Numbered from the stretch's first letter, positions 37,244 through 47,491 are shown. The stretch: DNA of 64,000 bases from a virus (IMGVR_UViG_3300029822_000004:10241-74240); one strand, 5' to 3'. The notes: a model not told the origin generated them from the letters alone. Numbers and translations: made by a program.

Positions 37244-37486
37244 TGTAGTGTCCTCTTTATTGCTTTTCTGTTTATGGCCTTACACACATCGCCTTTGTAG
37301 CACTTTTCGCCACAAAATATACAATAGCCCTTGCTTGATTCGATTACAATCAGCTCCCAGAAGGGACAGCCATCGCCGCAATTGACATCACGAGCCGTAG
37401 TTTGTGTTGGTTACATTTGTTGATTTCATATAAAACTTTCAGCTTGTGTTTGTATTTATTAGTTTCAGGGATATATTATCTGTATT

Positions 37487-38041
37487 ATGAAACTATCTAA
37501 ATGGGCAACTCAACAAGGTATCCATTACCAAACAGCTTGGCAATGGTACAAAGACGGGCGCATAGCAAACGCCTATCAAACATCCACCGGATCAATTTTT
37601 GTACCTGATCCGCATCCCTCTAAAGATGAGCGTGTGGTTGTGTACGCAAGGGTTAGTAATCGGGAACGCAAAGAGTCCTTGCAGTCCCAGGCAGATCGAT
37701 GCGTTACGTTTGCCAACGCCAATGGGCTGTCGGTGGATAAGGTCTATACCGAAATAGCATCCGGTATGAATGATACCCGCCGAGAGCTTTGGCGTATGTT
37801 GGATAGTAAACCAACCGTGGTTATCGTAGAAAACCGTGACCGTCTTACTCGATTCGGCTTTGAGTATCTTAACCGGCTGTTGAAACAACAGGGGTGCACG
37901 GTGCTCGTACTGAACCAAAGCGAGACGGATACCCAGGATTTATTAAGAGATCTCACCAGTGTAATCTACTCCTTCTGCGCACGGCTGTATGGAAGACGCA
38001 GAGCAATGAACCGATTAAAAGACATCAAAAAATGCCTATAG
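37487..38041 (+). CDS. tnpA: IS607 serine transposase TnpA
   Basis: N-terminal HTH (WATQQGIHYQTAWQWY); VYARVS; EIASGMND; DRLTRFGF; FCARLYGRR. Confidence 0.93.
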   Translation: MKLSKWATQQGIHYQTAWQWYKDGRIANAYQTSTGSIFVPDPHPSKDERVVVYARVSNRERKESLQSQADRCVTFANANGLSVDKVYTEIASGMNDTRRELWRMLDSKPTVVIVENRDRLTRFGFEYLNRLLKQQGCTVLVLNQSETDTQDLLRDLTSVIYSFCARLYGRRRAMNRLKDIKKCL

Positions 38042-39303
38042 TCCGCACATCACCGGTACTGCTGTCCAAAGCCAATGAAGGCAAACTGGATATATTGCAC
38101 GGATTCCTTGAAGAGTACCGTAGAGTAGTCCAGTGCACTATTGACCATGCCTGGGATAATCGGCTGATTTTTGGCGAGCGCGTTTTAGACATTCAAAACG
38201 ACCGCTTGGAGCTTCCCTCCTTTCTCCCCGTTGCCTGCTTACCAGAAATGGACACTCCTTTATCTGGGCGGGCGATTAAATGCGCTACCACACAGGCAAT
38301 GTCTATGCTTAAGGCTGCTTTGAAGCGACGGGTAAAGGACATTGCCTGGCTCTCCAAGCTTGATGGTACTCCTGCGCCAAGGATTCTTATGCAACGGCTG
38401 AGCAGGCCGCTAGTAAAGCCGTCAGCTGCCGGTGTGTCGGCAGAGCTTAACTCCATTTGCGCTAAACTTGTCTGGACATCTGAAACCTCCTTTGATGGGT
38501 GGCTCGTGCTTTCATCGTTGGGGAAACCGTTTGGTAAGCTGCATCTGCCCGTCAACAGGCACCGGCATCTTAACAGGCTTGCTGTCGGCACACAACTGGC
38601 CAGTTTGCTTATTAGCGAAACACGGGCGGATGTGCGTTTTGCCATGGAATCAAAAACAAAAAGTTCTTTGGCGGTTCGTGTGGTAGGGGCGGACACCGGA
38701 CTCAAAACCGTCCTCTCCTTATCTGACGGTCAGACGACCCCTGAGATCGATTGCCACGGACATTCGTTACAGAGTATATGCCACGAACTAGCCAGAAAGA
38801 AAAAAGGATCCAAGGCGTTTGGCCAGGCTCAGGATCACCGCAAGAACTTTATCAACTGGTCCCTTAACAGGCTCAATCTCTCCACCATTACAGAGATTCG
38901 TCTGGAGAGGGTTAAACACATTAACTATGGACGTAGATCTTCCAGGTTTATGCAAGCCTGGACAAATGCAGACATCCAGCGCAAGGTGCTAATGATGGCA
39001 GAAGATCAGAATGTTTCTGTGAAACTCCAGTCAAGTGCCTACCGTAGTCAGCGCTGTTCGTGCTGCGGAATGGTAAGGAAAGCAAACAGGAAGGGGAAAG
39101 TCTATTCATGCAAGGGATGTGGATTCGTCTGTGATGCAGATTTGAATGCCGCACGCAACCATGAACAAGATCTTCCCCCCATCCCTGATGCTTTCTTTAG
39201 GACGGGTAAGAACACTGGCAAAGGTTTCTACTGGAAATCTACTGGCTGCTCTTTATCGACCGGGGTGGAGTTTGCAGTCCCATCTTCCAACTGTCAAGCC
39301 TGA
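38032..39303 (+). CDS. tnpB: TnpB RNA-guided nuclease
   Basis: RuvC-I VGADTG, RuvC-II IRLE, zinc finger SQRCSCCG..CKGCG, RuvC-III DADLNAARN. Confidence 0.9.
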   Translation: MPIVRTSPVLLSKANEGKLDILHGFLEEYRRVVQCTIDHAWDNRLIFGERVLDIQNDRLELPSFLPVACLPEMDTPLSGRAIKCATTQAMSMLKAALKRRVKDIAWLSKLDGTPAPRILMQRLSRPLVKPSAAGVSAELNSICAKLVWTSETSFDGWLVLSSLGKPFGKLHLPVNRHRHLNRLAVGTQLASLLISETRADVRFAMESKTKSSLAVRVVGADTGLKTVLSLSDGQTTPEIDCHGHSLQSICHELARKKKGSKAFGQAQDHRKNFINWSLNRLNLSTITEIRLERVKHINYGRRSSRFMQAWTNADIQRKVLMMAEDQNVSVKLQSSAYRSQRCSCCGMVRKANRKGKVYSCKGCGFVCDADLNAARNHEQDLPPIPDAFFRTGKNTGKGFYWKSTGCSLSTGVEFAVPSSNCQA

Positions 39304-39345
39304 CTTATATTTACTGAGTCAATAGGCAACTGTCATTGTCTTCAT

Positions 39346-39792
39346 TCATAGTCTGCACCTTTCTAGTATGTCGTTGGCATCTACATTGAGGATGCCTATC
39401 AGCAGCTCCTTGGTCGCCATGAAATCGGGATGGTCGCTCGATAGGTCTTGCGCCAAATCGAAAGCACGCCACTTGCCATACTGGGTCAATGTCGTCTCAA
39501 AGGTGTCCCACATACCCAAAGCAGTAAGCTCTTCATATAGACGGAGCTTGCTGTACCGCTGCGGCGGCGGGTTGTCATCGATGACCCATTGGCCCTGCGG
39601 TACGCTCACGCCGTCCACAAGCGCAAACGGCGGCGTGCTCGCTTGCCACACCATGCCTGCTGATGGTGCTGGAGGCTGCTGCGCTACGCGGTGGTAGCCC
39701 TGCGCGTTGAGCCATGCGTCCGATGGGTGATTGCCTGCGCCGGGTGGGATGCCTGGGCGCTGATAGGTGTTGTCGTGGTAGAGGTGGTACAT
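39346..39792 (-). CDS. Tail fibre-associated hypothetical protein
   Basis: Downstream of fibre genes; RYSKLRL..AQDLSSDHPDF; GGAG RBS. Confidence 0.55.
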   Translation of the reverse strand: MYHLYHDNTYQRPGIPPGAGNHPSDAWLNAQGYHRVAQQPPAPSAGMVWQASTPPFALVDGVSVPQGQWVIDDNPPPQRYSKLRLYEELTALGMWDTFETTLTQYGKWRAFDLAQDLSSDHPDFMATKELLIGILNVDANDILERCRL

Positions 39793-39800
39793 GGTGGCTC

Positions 39801-40553
39801 CTAGTTTGTGCTGACGGTAGCCCACTTGTTAAATCCGACGCCTAGCGAGTCATTGAGCAGCTCGTAGGCGATTTCTCGGCCTGGCGTGGATGATGATACT
39901 GGTGGCGATTGGCAGGGCTGGAACGTGCCAGATGGGGCGGCGGTGCCTGTACCGGAAATGTTGATCGTGCCGTTGGTACGTGTGCGAGGGGCGATGGACG
40001 CCAAATAAAGACCACGCAGGATACTATCTATTTGAGCCTGCCCCAGCGAGCATCCCACCAGCGTTAAGGTATACAGCCCCGTATATCCAGAGAGCGATTC
40101 TTGCGTGATGGTAAAAACGGCCAGAGGAATGTTGTTGATTTGGATGTTAGTGGGTCGCCAACCGGAAAGGTCTGATAAGTCGATGGTTGCGGCTGCGGTT
40201 GGTGCGCTGATAAGATTTAGTGTGGCAATGTTGACCATCGGTGCGAGGTTTTTGCTGTCCAGCACTAGCGCCGCGCCGTTGTCGCGTAGGTCTAAGTAGG
40301 TCACGTTACCCGGCTGCATTATTTTGATAGTGTAGGTTCCTGCGGCGATATATTTGCGCGATCTTGAGCCGCTGCCTGTGGTCTCCTGCTGATAGCCGTC
40401 GCCCCAATCTAGCGTGGTAGCCGCCGAGACGGTAAGCCCATGTATTGTATGTGTCTGCCCAGCCGCGACCGTGACCTGATAGCTGGCTACGTTTTCACGC
40501 TGGCTCAATAGGTGCGCCATCATGCGTTGTGTATCTGCGTGCGTTACTCTCAT
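39801..40553 (-). CDS. Putative tail fibre/RBP protein (PKD-like DWGDG plus LRR-like repeats)
   Basis: LDWGDG...YIAAGTYTIKI; LGQAQIDSIL. Confidence 0.55.
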   Translation of the reverse strand: MRVTHADTQRMMAHLLSQRENVASYQVTVAAGQTHTIHGLTVSAATTLDWGDGYQQETTGSGSRSRKYIAAGTYTIKIMQPGNVTYLDLRDNGAALVLDSKNLAPMVNIATLNLISAPTAAATIDLSDLSGWRPTNIQINNIPLAVFTITQESLSGYTGLYTLTLVGCSLGQAQIDSILRGLYLASIAPRTRTNGTINISGTGTAAPSGTFQPCQSPPVSSSTPGREIAYELLNDSLGVGFNKWATVSTN

Positions 40554-41521
40554 GCCAGCCCTCCAGCACTCACGACCAGATAGGTGCCGTCATCCTCTAT
40601 CAGCGCCTTGGATAGTGCCGTAGCCACCCCATCCCAAGCGCCCTCAGCCAGCAACTTGCTCGTGCGGCCAGTCATCGATGGTTGCGCAACGGCCAGAGTC
40701 CCCACATTGGTCAGCGTGATTGAGCACAGGCCTGGACGCGTGAAGGCCACCGTGAAGCTGGTAATCTCGACATTGACGGTGGCGGTGTAGGCTGCGCCGG
40801 GGATCAGTGCGAGGGTAGGCGTTGCTCCAAGGTTGCCAAGCGCGTAGGCCGCCTCGTAGCTGATGCACGTCCAGCCAACGCCATCGTGCATGTATACTCC
40901 TGGTGCGGCCTTTGCGGCGTCGTCTGCGGCGGTGAGGCGGATCATCTGGCCAGCAACAGTCACAGTCGGCAGAGTCGCTACTTCCTTGATTGGGCCGTGT
41001 AACTTATCATCTTCGTCACTCAGTTCATTCAAATCAGAAGGTACTACGATTGTGGCAAGGGCTGCTGCAATGGCTGCGTCGGTCTGCGCTGCTGTATAAA
41101 AGGCCGCTATTGGCGTGGGTATGGTGCTGCTGCCATCTGGTATAATGTTGCAGAGCGTCACCCAGAAACTCACTGTAAGCGCGGCGGTGGTCTGTCCTGC
41201 CTTGAAGCCCCGTAATTGCGCCACGGCATTTCTTTTCATCCGTGAGCCGAGGTAATCAGCCACTTCCTCGGTGTTGGTAATAAGGTCGAAGCTGACTGTC
41301 TTGTTGTTGACCGTAAAGCCAGAATCAACAAACAGCATTGGCGTAGTGTCTTGGCTATGATTTTCTGCAACGGTGAATGTCCACGTCGTAATGCCGGTAA
41401 AATCAGCATCATCAGACACTATTGCAAGAGCCATGGGTAAATTGGCCATCCGAGGCAGTTGCGGTATGGATTGCGTACCTGCTTCGACCTTCATTGGCAA
41501 CTGTGTGAGGGTGATGTTCAT
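40550..41521 (-). CDS. Putative tail fibre/baseplate protein
   Basis: 323 aa, beta-rich; YTAAQTDAAIAA linker; tail module position. Confidence 0.55.
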   Translation of the reverse strand: MNITLTQLPMKVEAGTQSIPQLPRMANLPMALAIVSDDADFTGITTWTFTVAENHSQDTTPMLFVDSGFTVNNKTVSFDLITNTEEVADYLGSRMKRNAVAQLRGFKAGQTTAALTVSFWVTLCNIIPDGSSTIPTPIAAFYTAAQTDAAIAAALATIVVPSDLNELSDEDDKLHGPIKEVATLPTVTVAGQMIRLTAADDAAKAAPGVYMHDGVGWTCISYEAAYALGNLGATPTLALIPGAAYTATVNVEITSFTVAFTRPGLCSITLTNVGTLAVAQPSMTGRTSKLLAEGAWDGVATALSKALIEDDGTYLVVSAGGLA

Positions 41522-41536
41522 ATCATTTCACCATAG

Positions 41537-42709
41537 CTATATAACCAAAAACGCAATAGATAAATCATAGCCAGCAAAACATCTAGTAAATGTCGTTCCG
41601 GTGTTTATTGTCTTGAATATGTATGAGCCATCGTCATCAATCCCAGTGCCTAGCCCACCATACGAGTTGCTACCACACCCAAGGAGAGCGCCTGTAGATT
41701 TTACTGCCAGACTGTGCGCATTTCCTGCCGCAATGTCCACCCAGTCCGTATCTGTGCCTACTTTAGTCGGAGATAATATGTCAGTACCTCCAGTGGAACC
41801 ATTCCCAAGCGCCCCGTAGCCGTCGCTGCCCCACGTATATAGCTCACCTGTTGTTTTAAGTGCAATTACATGGTCGTAGCCAGTAGATATCTTAAGCCAG
41901 TCGGTGTCGTTTCCTATTTTAATAGGTGAGTTTTGTTGTGTAGTACTCCCTATGCCTAGTTTTCCATACGTATTATCACCAAAAGAGTATAGTTCTCCAT
42001 TGGCGTTTTTTGCTACTGTGAACAGTGTCCCACACCATACGTCAGTCCAGTTTGATTCCGTGCCCAGCTGCACAGGTGATGGCCTATTATCAGTATCTCC
42101 AAGCCCTAGCTGCCCACTTGAGTTATTTCCCCACACCCACATTTCGCCTAGGCTGTTGATTGCGGCACTGTGCGTTGCTTCCGCTGGTGCCGTTGATGCT
42201 GTTATCCAGTTCGATGCAATGCCTAACTGTGTAGGCGAGAGCCTGTTGTCAGTATCTCCAAGCCCCAGCTGCCCGCTTGAGTTATATCCCCACACAAGCA
42301 ATCTACCAGCAGTATCTACCCCAACACTGTTATTCCACCCACAGGAGATCTTTCTGAATGTAATGTTTGGTATTAGTGTGGGTGTGTACTTATCTTCCGT
42401 CGAGCCGTTGCCCAATTCGCCGTTATAGCCATTGCCACAGCCGTATGCATACCTGGACTTGTTAAGTAGGATGGTATGGGTAAGCCCGACTGCACAGTCT
42501 GCCCAATCCTCTCCAAGTACATTAGTCCAGTCAAAATAATATCCACCAAACCCAATACCAGACTGTCCATCTGTATCATGCCCAGTAGCTTTGGCATTGT
42601 ATCCAACAAGCGGAATCTCTTGTATATGACGTAGCCCAGCATCGGATAGCTTTCTGTATCTGACAAGAGTACCCCTGTTGGTTCTTTTAGTTGTTCTGTA
42701 TACTGCCAT
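41537..42709 (-). CDS. RCC1-repeat beta-propeller protein (tail-associated)
   Basis: Repeated WGxNxxGQLGLG..SPxQ..W...G..H motifs. Confidence 0.9.
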   Translation of the reverse strand: MAVYRTTKRTNRGTLVRYRKLSDAGLRHIQEIPLVGYNAKATGHDTDGQSGIGFGGYYFDWTNVLGEDWADCAVGLTHTILLNKSRYAYGCGNGYNGELGNGSTEDKYTPTLIPNITFRKISCGWNNSVGVDTAGRLLVWGYNSSGQLGLGDTDNRLSPTQLGIASNWITASTAPAEATHSAAINSLGEMWVWGNNSSGQLGLGDTDNRPSPVQLGTESNWTDVWCGTLFTVAKNANGELYSFGDNTYGKLGIGSTTQQNSPIKIGNDTDWLKISTGYDHVIALKTTGELYTWGSDGYGALGNGSTGGTDILSPTKVGTDTDWVDIAAGNAHSLAVKSTGALLGCGSNSYGGLGTGIDDDGSYIFKTINTGTTFTRCFAGYDLSIAFLVI

Positions 42710-42710
42710 G

Positions 42711-43013
42711 TTATATCTCTACAAGGGACGCAGACACCATGACACTCATTCCGCTAGCGTCTGCTTTTGCTGTAAGTTTGTATCCTGTTGTTAAAAATAT
42801 CTTACTGTCTATAAAAACAGTGTCATCTGCTTCTATTGCTAGTTTTGTTGCCCACGCGTCATAACTGCCATCATTGACGGTGAGCACAAGAGCGCCGCCG
42901 GAAGAGCCACCAGATGCGGAGATATTGATGATTGCCAGCTCATTTCCAGCAGGAACCTCAACAAGCTCTTGCGGTGTGTTAGCTACTGTAACGCAGTTGT
43001 AGTTCTTTAACAT
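42711..43013 (-). CDS. Hypothetical virion-associated protein
   Basis: 100 aa beta-rich; KIFLTTGYKL. Confidence 0.6.
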   Translation of the reverse strand: MLKNYNCVTVANTPQELVEVPAGNELAIINISASGGSSGGALVLTVNDGSYDAWATKLAIEADDTVFIDSKIFLTTGYKLTAKADASGMSVMVSASLVEI

Positions 43014-43022
43014 AGTAATCCT

Positions 43023-44018
43023 TTAGCCAAAAATTAGAGCCTGCATTTGTGCCATCTTTAATGTGGTTGCGTTTGTTGTGCTATCTAACGTATGCGCCAC
43101 AACATCGCCAGACGAGTCAACGATAAGCACTTTCCCAGCATCCGCGCTGGTAATGTTTGGTAGAGTTAGGTCTAAAGTCTTGACATTCCAATTTCCTTCC
43201 TCATCTACTGTAAGAACTTTCCCTGCGTCTTCAGCAGCCACAGATGGTAATCCAGCACCGTCAAGGCCCGGTGGCCCATAGGGAACGGCTTTTGGCAACG
43301 ACCACGGCATATCAAGACCAGCTAGACGCATCTTGAAATACGTGTCGGTCGGCGTAATGAGTTCCGTGTGCCAGCCATCGCCACTGTCAGAGCTATCAAA
43401 CAGAAACTCAAATCTGTTGTTAAGTGCGCTTTTGACTTGTGATACGACTTCAGTACCCGGATTTGGCGTATATTGAGCACTAGACCAATCGCGGATGGTA
43501 TTGCAACCAGTAAAGTTCAGCCAAGCGATTGTACTAGGATTCGCAATGCCCGATGTGTACTGCTTGACGTTGATGTACAGGCCGCTATAGATACGGTCAT
43601 AGTCGCCCATTACGGTGGAAAACTTGACCGTATCGTTGTTTACCCGTACTGATAGTTGTCCGAGAGTGATGTCAGCCGTAGTGCCATCAATCCAATCACC
43701 CTCAATTTGCATCATGTTGGAGTTGTGGTCGGATTCATCAAAGGGCACGGACGACTGCAACGACTTCAGCATCAAGTTGTCATCGTCCTCAAAGTTGTCA
43801 TCAGCAACAAGCAGATAAGAATGACCAGCACCAAAGGACACAGGCGATATAGTAACGATTCCTGCATCGTCCTCATCCACGCTGACAAACTCAATACACA
43901 GCACTTGCCATTGTCCGCGCTCAAGCTCAGGATATAGTGCAGTTCTGTCTACCGGCTGGCCATTGGGTTGAACATGGCGGCGGGTCTTTACATCGATGTA
44001 TATGTGTGTTTTTTGCAT
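43023..44018 (-). CDS. Putative tail fibre/baseplate protein
   Basis: GPPGLDGAG and repeated DAGKVL(T/I)VD fibre motifs. Confidence 0.55.
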   Translation of the reverse strand: MQKTHIYIDVKTRRHVQPNGQPVDRTALYPELERGQWQVLCIEFVSVDEDDAGIVTISPVSFGAGHSYLLVADDNFEDDDNLMLKSLQSSVPFDESDHNSNMMQIEGDWIDGTTADITLGQLSVRVNNDTVKFSTVMGDYDRIYSGLYINVKQYTSGIANPSTIAWLNFTGCNTIRDWSSAQYTPNPGTEVVSQVKSALNNRFEFLFDSSDSGDGWHTELITPTDTYFKMRLAGLDMPWSLPKAVPYGPPGLDGAGLPSVAAEDAGKVLTVDEEGNWNVKTLDLTLPNITSADAGKVLIVDSSGDVVAHTLDSTTNATTLKMAQMQALIFG

Positions 44019-44079
44019 TCATTTATCCTTAAGTTACCACGTAATAATATACAACGAATACGGCTATTGTAAAGGGGTG

Positions 44080-45024
44080 CTAGTCTGGTATATCGACACG
44101 CACGCTTGCATAGAAGTTAAAAACGACCTTACGCAAGATTGAAATATAATCAGAAGTCCATTTAAGCCAACGCTCGTCTTCAGCCCCCAGTGTTTCTATT
44201 ATATGTACATCGTAGTTATCATTAATCCATGATTTTAGCCCCTCAACAAGGGTAGAGACTGTAGCATATGTCATTGACCCAGAGTCATCAATAAAGATTC
44301 CAACATTAAAATATCTATCCTTTATCTCTGGATACTGGTTTCTTAATTCAACAAATGCCGATTTAAGGGAATCTAAATCAGCACTGTAGTTTTCTCCGTA
44401 TCTAGCACAGGTGTACTGCAACACATTTGGAGGTACAGTACCGATATTACTTCCGAAGTTCCCCTCCTCTACGTGGAATAGCGCCACGTTGTCTTTAACA
44501 TTTTCATCAAATTCAGCCCTATCTGATGCATAAGGTTCTGGCGTGGCTACATACACAGGATCTGCCTCATCAATGAAAACAAACGGCAACACAATTCTTT
44601 CCATCTCAAGCAGATTTACAAATTTGTAACTCTGCCATAGCCACCGGGCATCAAGAAAATATGGATTTGTAGCGTATTCTTCGGTGTCGCCTATTGCAAT
44701 GAGTGCATTTTGTAGTGTCCATATTGGTTTATCAGGTTTTCTTATGTCGTGGTATTGTGTGAATAGCCATCTAATTGTATTGTGTATAGTTACTTCCATT
44801 TTCTTATAGTCTTCATTTGGTGTGAATCCATACAGTATTTTACTCACATCCTCCGGTATATAAGATTCCGCAGTATCATATATTGCAAACACTCGCTCTC
44901 TTGTAGCCTCCCATAGTGCCCAACCATGTCGTATGGGGTATGCCAGAACAGGAACACCATCCCATGTCGCACTATTTGAAGTCCATACTGTCGGCTTTTC
45001 TATGATTGAATTCTGTGTTTGCAT
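44080..45024 (-). CDS. Tail-region protein with vWA-like domain
   Basis: VGIFIDDSGSM (MIDAS DxSxS). Confidence 0.55.
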   Translation of the reverse strand: MQTQNSIIEKPTVWTSNSATWDGVPVLAYPIRHGWALWEATRERVFAIYDTAESYIPEDVSKILYGFTPNEDYKKMEVTIHNTIRWLFTQYHDIRKPDKPIWTLQNALIAIGDTEEYATNPYFLDARWLWQSYKFVNLLEMERIVLPFVFIDEADPVYVATPEPYASDRAEFDENVKDNVALFHVEEGNFGSNIGTVPPNVLQYTCARYGENYSADLDSLKSAFVELRNQYPEIKDRYFNVGIFIDDSGSMTYATVSTLVEGLKSWINDNYDVHIIETLGAEDERWLKWTSDYISILRKVVFNFYASVRVDIPD

Positions 45025-45632
45025 TATGAATATCTATTATTGTATAAAACACCGTCGTTATATATCTGTTTTATGCTAGATATCTTTCCACCTTCAACCG
45101 CAACATAGCCAATAATGGCCACAAAAGATGAAGATGTTAGTGCTGGTATAGCAGGTGATAGTGATAACCATATAGTCCAATATGCTGGGGTTTCTCCAGT
45201 CAGGGGTGTGTATGTCGCATTAAAGAGTACATAACTTGATGTGGTTACAGGTAGAAGCGCCTCATTTGCATACACCGCATCAATTCCAGATACAAATAAC
45301 CCACACCTCCCATTACCTAGCGTTTCAGTACCATCAACTACCTTAATCTGTAGGCCAGCCTCCTCTGTACTTGCATCTATAATATGAAAAAACCCGTGGT
45401 ATCCCTCAGCCGCGCTACTCTCTCCACCCTCATCAACAGTAAAACCTTCACCGCCACCCATCTTCCCAGTATAGTACGCCCTCATACCATTCTGATCTTT
45501 TTCCCAATGGATGGACGCAGTGTCGATGGGCTGTACCGATTGCAACTCTTGACGGATTGCAGTCAGAATATCAGTAAGACTAGACCATGCACCAGTTCGT
45601 AACCACTTTAGCATTATTTGTGCTCCACCCAA
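45024..45632 (-). CDS. Hypothetical tail protein
   Basis: 202 aa in tail operon. Confidence 0.6.
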   Translation of the reverse strand: MGGAQIMLKWLRTGAWSSLTDILTAIRQELQSVQPIDTASIHWEKDQNGMRAYYTGKMGGGEGFTVDEGGESSAAEGYHGFFHIIDASTEEAGLQIKVVDGTETLGNGRCGLFVSGIDAVYANEALLPVTTSSYVLFNATYTPLTGETPAYWTIWLSLSPAIPALTSSSFVAIIGYVAVEGGKISSIKQIYNDGVLYNNRYS

Positions 45633-47491
45633 GAACCATCGTCATACACACTAGACCAATAGCCATATCTGAGGGCTATGATGGTACAAGTTACGGCAGT
45701 CCATGTTTTGCCACGGTTGTCTTTTGTTTCCGAAGTCGATATGCCCGCGCCCTTGTAACTCGTAAAGCGGCTATTCTTAATCTTGGCACAGGCGGCTTTG
45801 TAATAGTTGCTGAATGATTTGGCCAAGACGGTCTGGGCGGTACCAAGATAATTCAATGTCACTTGGAATGACATATAAGGTACGCCGTATTTGATGAACT
45901 TTTTTTCAAATGGCGCATCATAGGGCGTGCCGCTTACTTTTGGATAGTTTGACAATGATGCTCTTGTTGGATAGATTGGCGCAGACTCGGATGCCTTCCA
46001 TTCCTTGAAAACACGCTGGATCGCTGTGTCATTCTTATTCTTCTCGTTTGGTTGCGCATAGACATAATCCATAAGGTGCAAAGAGACAACCTTACTTAGA
46101 GGCAGCGCATTCCAGTATTTATATGGTAGCCACTTTTGCTCATCGCTATCAAGGCCCACAACAACAGAATACCCTATCCTTCGTGACAATATAGCAGATG
46201 CCACAGCAGAGCTAGACCAGCCATTATCCATTAGCTGATTTGTGTCCATCGTATATGTAAATGTGGTCTTTGGAGGGTCATTGATCTTAATATAGTCCAC
46301 ACCAGAAACAGCCGGCATCCATCCAATATGCTCAGGCTCAAGAATGAATTTACCATCCGATGAGCTGATAGAGCAATAAGCCTTCATGATGGATTGAGAA
46401 CCACCAGTAGGCCCCCACGAACCAGTATTGTCATCAACTAGGCGCAATATCACTTCCCACTCATTGACGCCCACTTGCCTGCGATTAACACTTTTGATGG
46501 TGTAGCCGCTATAGCCATACGCCGATGCCTCTTTACCATTATCAGCCAAGAAGTCATCTTTGTACTGCGCGGTGGTCTGGTATGTCAACGTCACTTCACG
46601 GATGTCACCATAAGCCTGATCTTCATAATTGACATCGGCCTTCACAAACACTTTTGATACATGCTTGGCTGTAATCTCAAGATTGTAACCAAGAACACCG
46701 ATGTTGTTAGCCTCTACACCAGTGACAATGTACCCAGAAGCGCCAGTAAGACCCAACCACGACGTAGCATCAGAACCAATGGCAGGCTTGACGTATCCAC
46801 TTGATTCATATGTGGCTTTGCTTACTCGCCATGTGGTCTTTGCCGTCTTTTGGTTATAGCTGTCGGTTGAGTAAGAAGGAATGCCCATCTGTTTGGTGGT
46901 CATGTCCTTAAGCGTAAAACTCAATAGGTAGCTCGTCAAAGACTCAGCAGTATAGGACGACGACTCAATGAGGTAAGATGTGCCCAGTTGCGTAAGGTAA
47001 TCGCCACTATTCATGAAGTGCGTATCGATGCCATCATAGTCGGGCAAACCAGCGGAATCCAAAGGTACTTGCACTCGATAGCTGAGGGTCTTGGTGCGCT
47101 GATTCACGTCATCAATGCTGGCAGATGCGTTACCTATGGCCTTTATCACCGAGTTGTTTTGTAGATTGGTGTAAGTGACCTCGCAGTGCGTCCTGTTTAC
47201 TGAGTTGACAGATACATTACCAACAAGGAACTCCGTGCTTTCTGTAAAGGCCGTGCATTGACCTTGACCACCAGCACCAGAATTTACAGTGGGCTTCTTC
47301 CACTTGTCACCAACACCGCCAGCCCATGCAAGTACATCATCTTGAAACGCCAACCACCTGAACGCCGTGTTGTCCTGCGTGTTGTCATAACATATCCACG
47401 TGGTCACACACTCAAGCGTGCCGTCATTTGCCAGTGAGTATACAGGCGTGCCCTTCAGCACATACGATACTTTTGTTGAATCACCCGCCAT
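45614..47491 (-). CDS. Tail tip/hub protein
   Basis: 625 aa beta-rich, directly after tape measure. Confidence 0.6.
   Translation of the reverse strand: MAGDSTKVSYVLKGTPVYSLANDGTLECVTTWICYDNTQDNTAFRWLAFQDDVLAWAGGVGDKWKKPTVNSGAGGQGQCTAFTESTEFLVGNVSVNSVNRTHCEVTYTNLQNNSVIKAIGNASASIDDVNQRTKTLSYRVQVPLDSAGLPDYDGIDTHFMNSGDYLTQLGTSYLIESSSYTAESLTSYLLSFTLKDMTTKQMGIPSYSTDSYNQKTAKTTWRVSKATYESSGYVKPAIGSDATSWLGLTGASGYIVTGVEANNIGVLGYNLEITAKHVSKVFVKADVNYEDQAYGDIREVTLTYQTTAQYKDDFLADNGKEASAYGYSGYTIKSVNRRQVGVNEWEVILRLVDDNTGSWGPTGGSQSIMKAYCSISSSDGKFILEPEHIGWMPAVSGVDYIKINDPPKTTFTYTMDTNQLMDNGWSSSAVASAILSRRIGYSVVVGLDSDEQKWLPYKYWNALPLSKVVSLHLMDYVYAQPNEKNKNDTAIQRVFKEWKASESAPIYPTRASLSNYPKVSGTPYDAPFEKKFIKYGVPYMSFQVTLNYLGTAQTVLAKSFSNYYKAACAKIKNSRFTSYKGAGISTSETKDNRGKTWTAVTCTIIALRYGYWSSVYDDGSWVEHK

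Larger units (their letters stand above)
37399..39333 (+). mobile_element. IS607-family element (tnpA plus tnpB)
   Basis: Serine transposase and TnpB opposite to the late operon; shared GT dinucleotide at 37397-98 and 39332-33. Confidence 0.88.
37240..39345 (-). pseudogene. 56-aa Cys-rich gene interrupted by the IS607 element
   Basis: Removing 37399-39333 restores MKTMTARDVNCGDGCPFW...CIFCGEKC..C..RTLQ*; it starts directly after the upstream stop and ends in an ATGA overlap. Confidence 0.72.

Noticed and set aside
37487-38041. Phage integrase implying a temperate lifestyle
   Set aside because: The serine recombinase has the IS607 architecture (N-terminal HTH, coupled to tnpB) and belongs to the insertion element.
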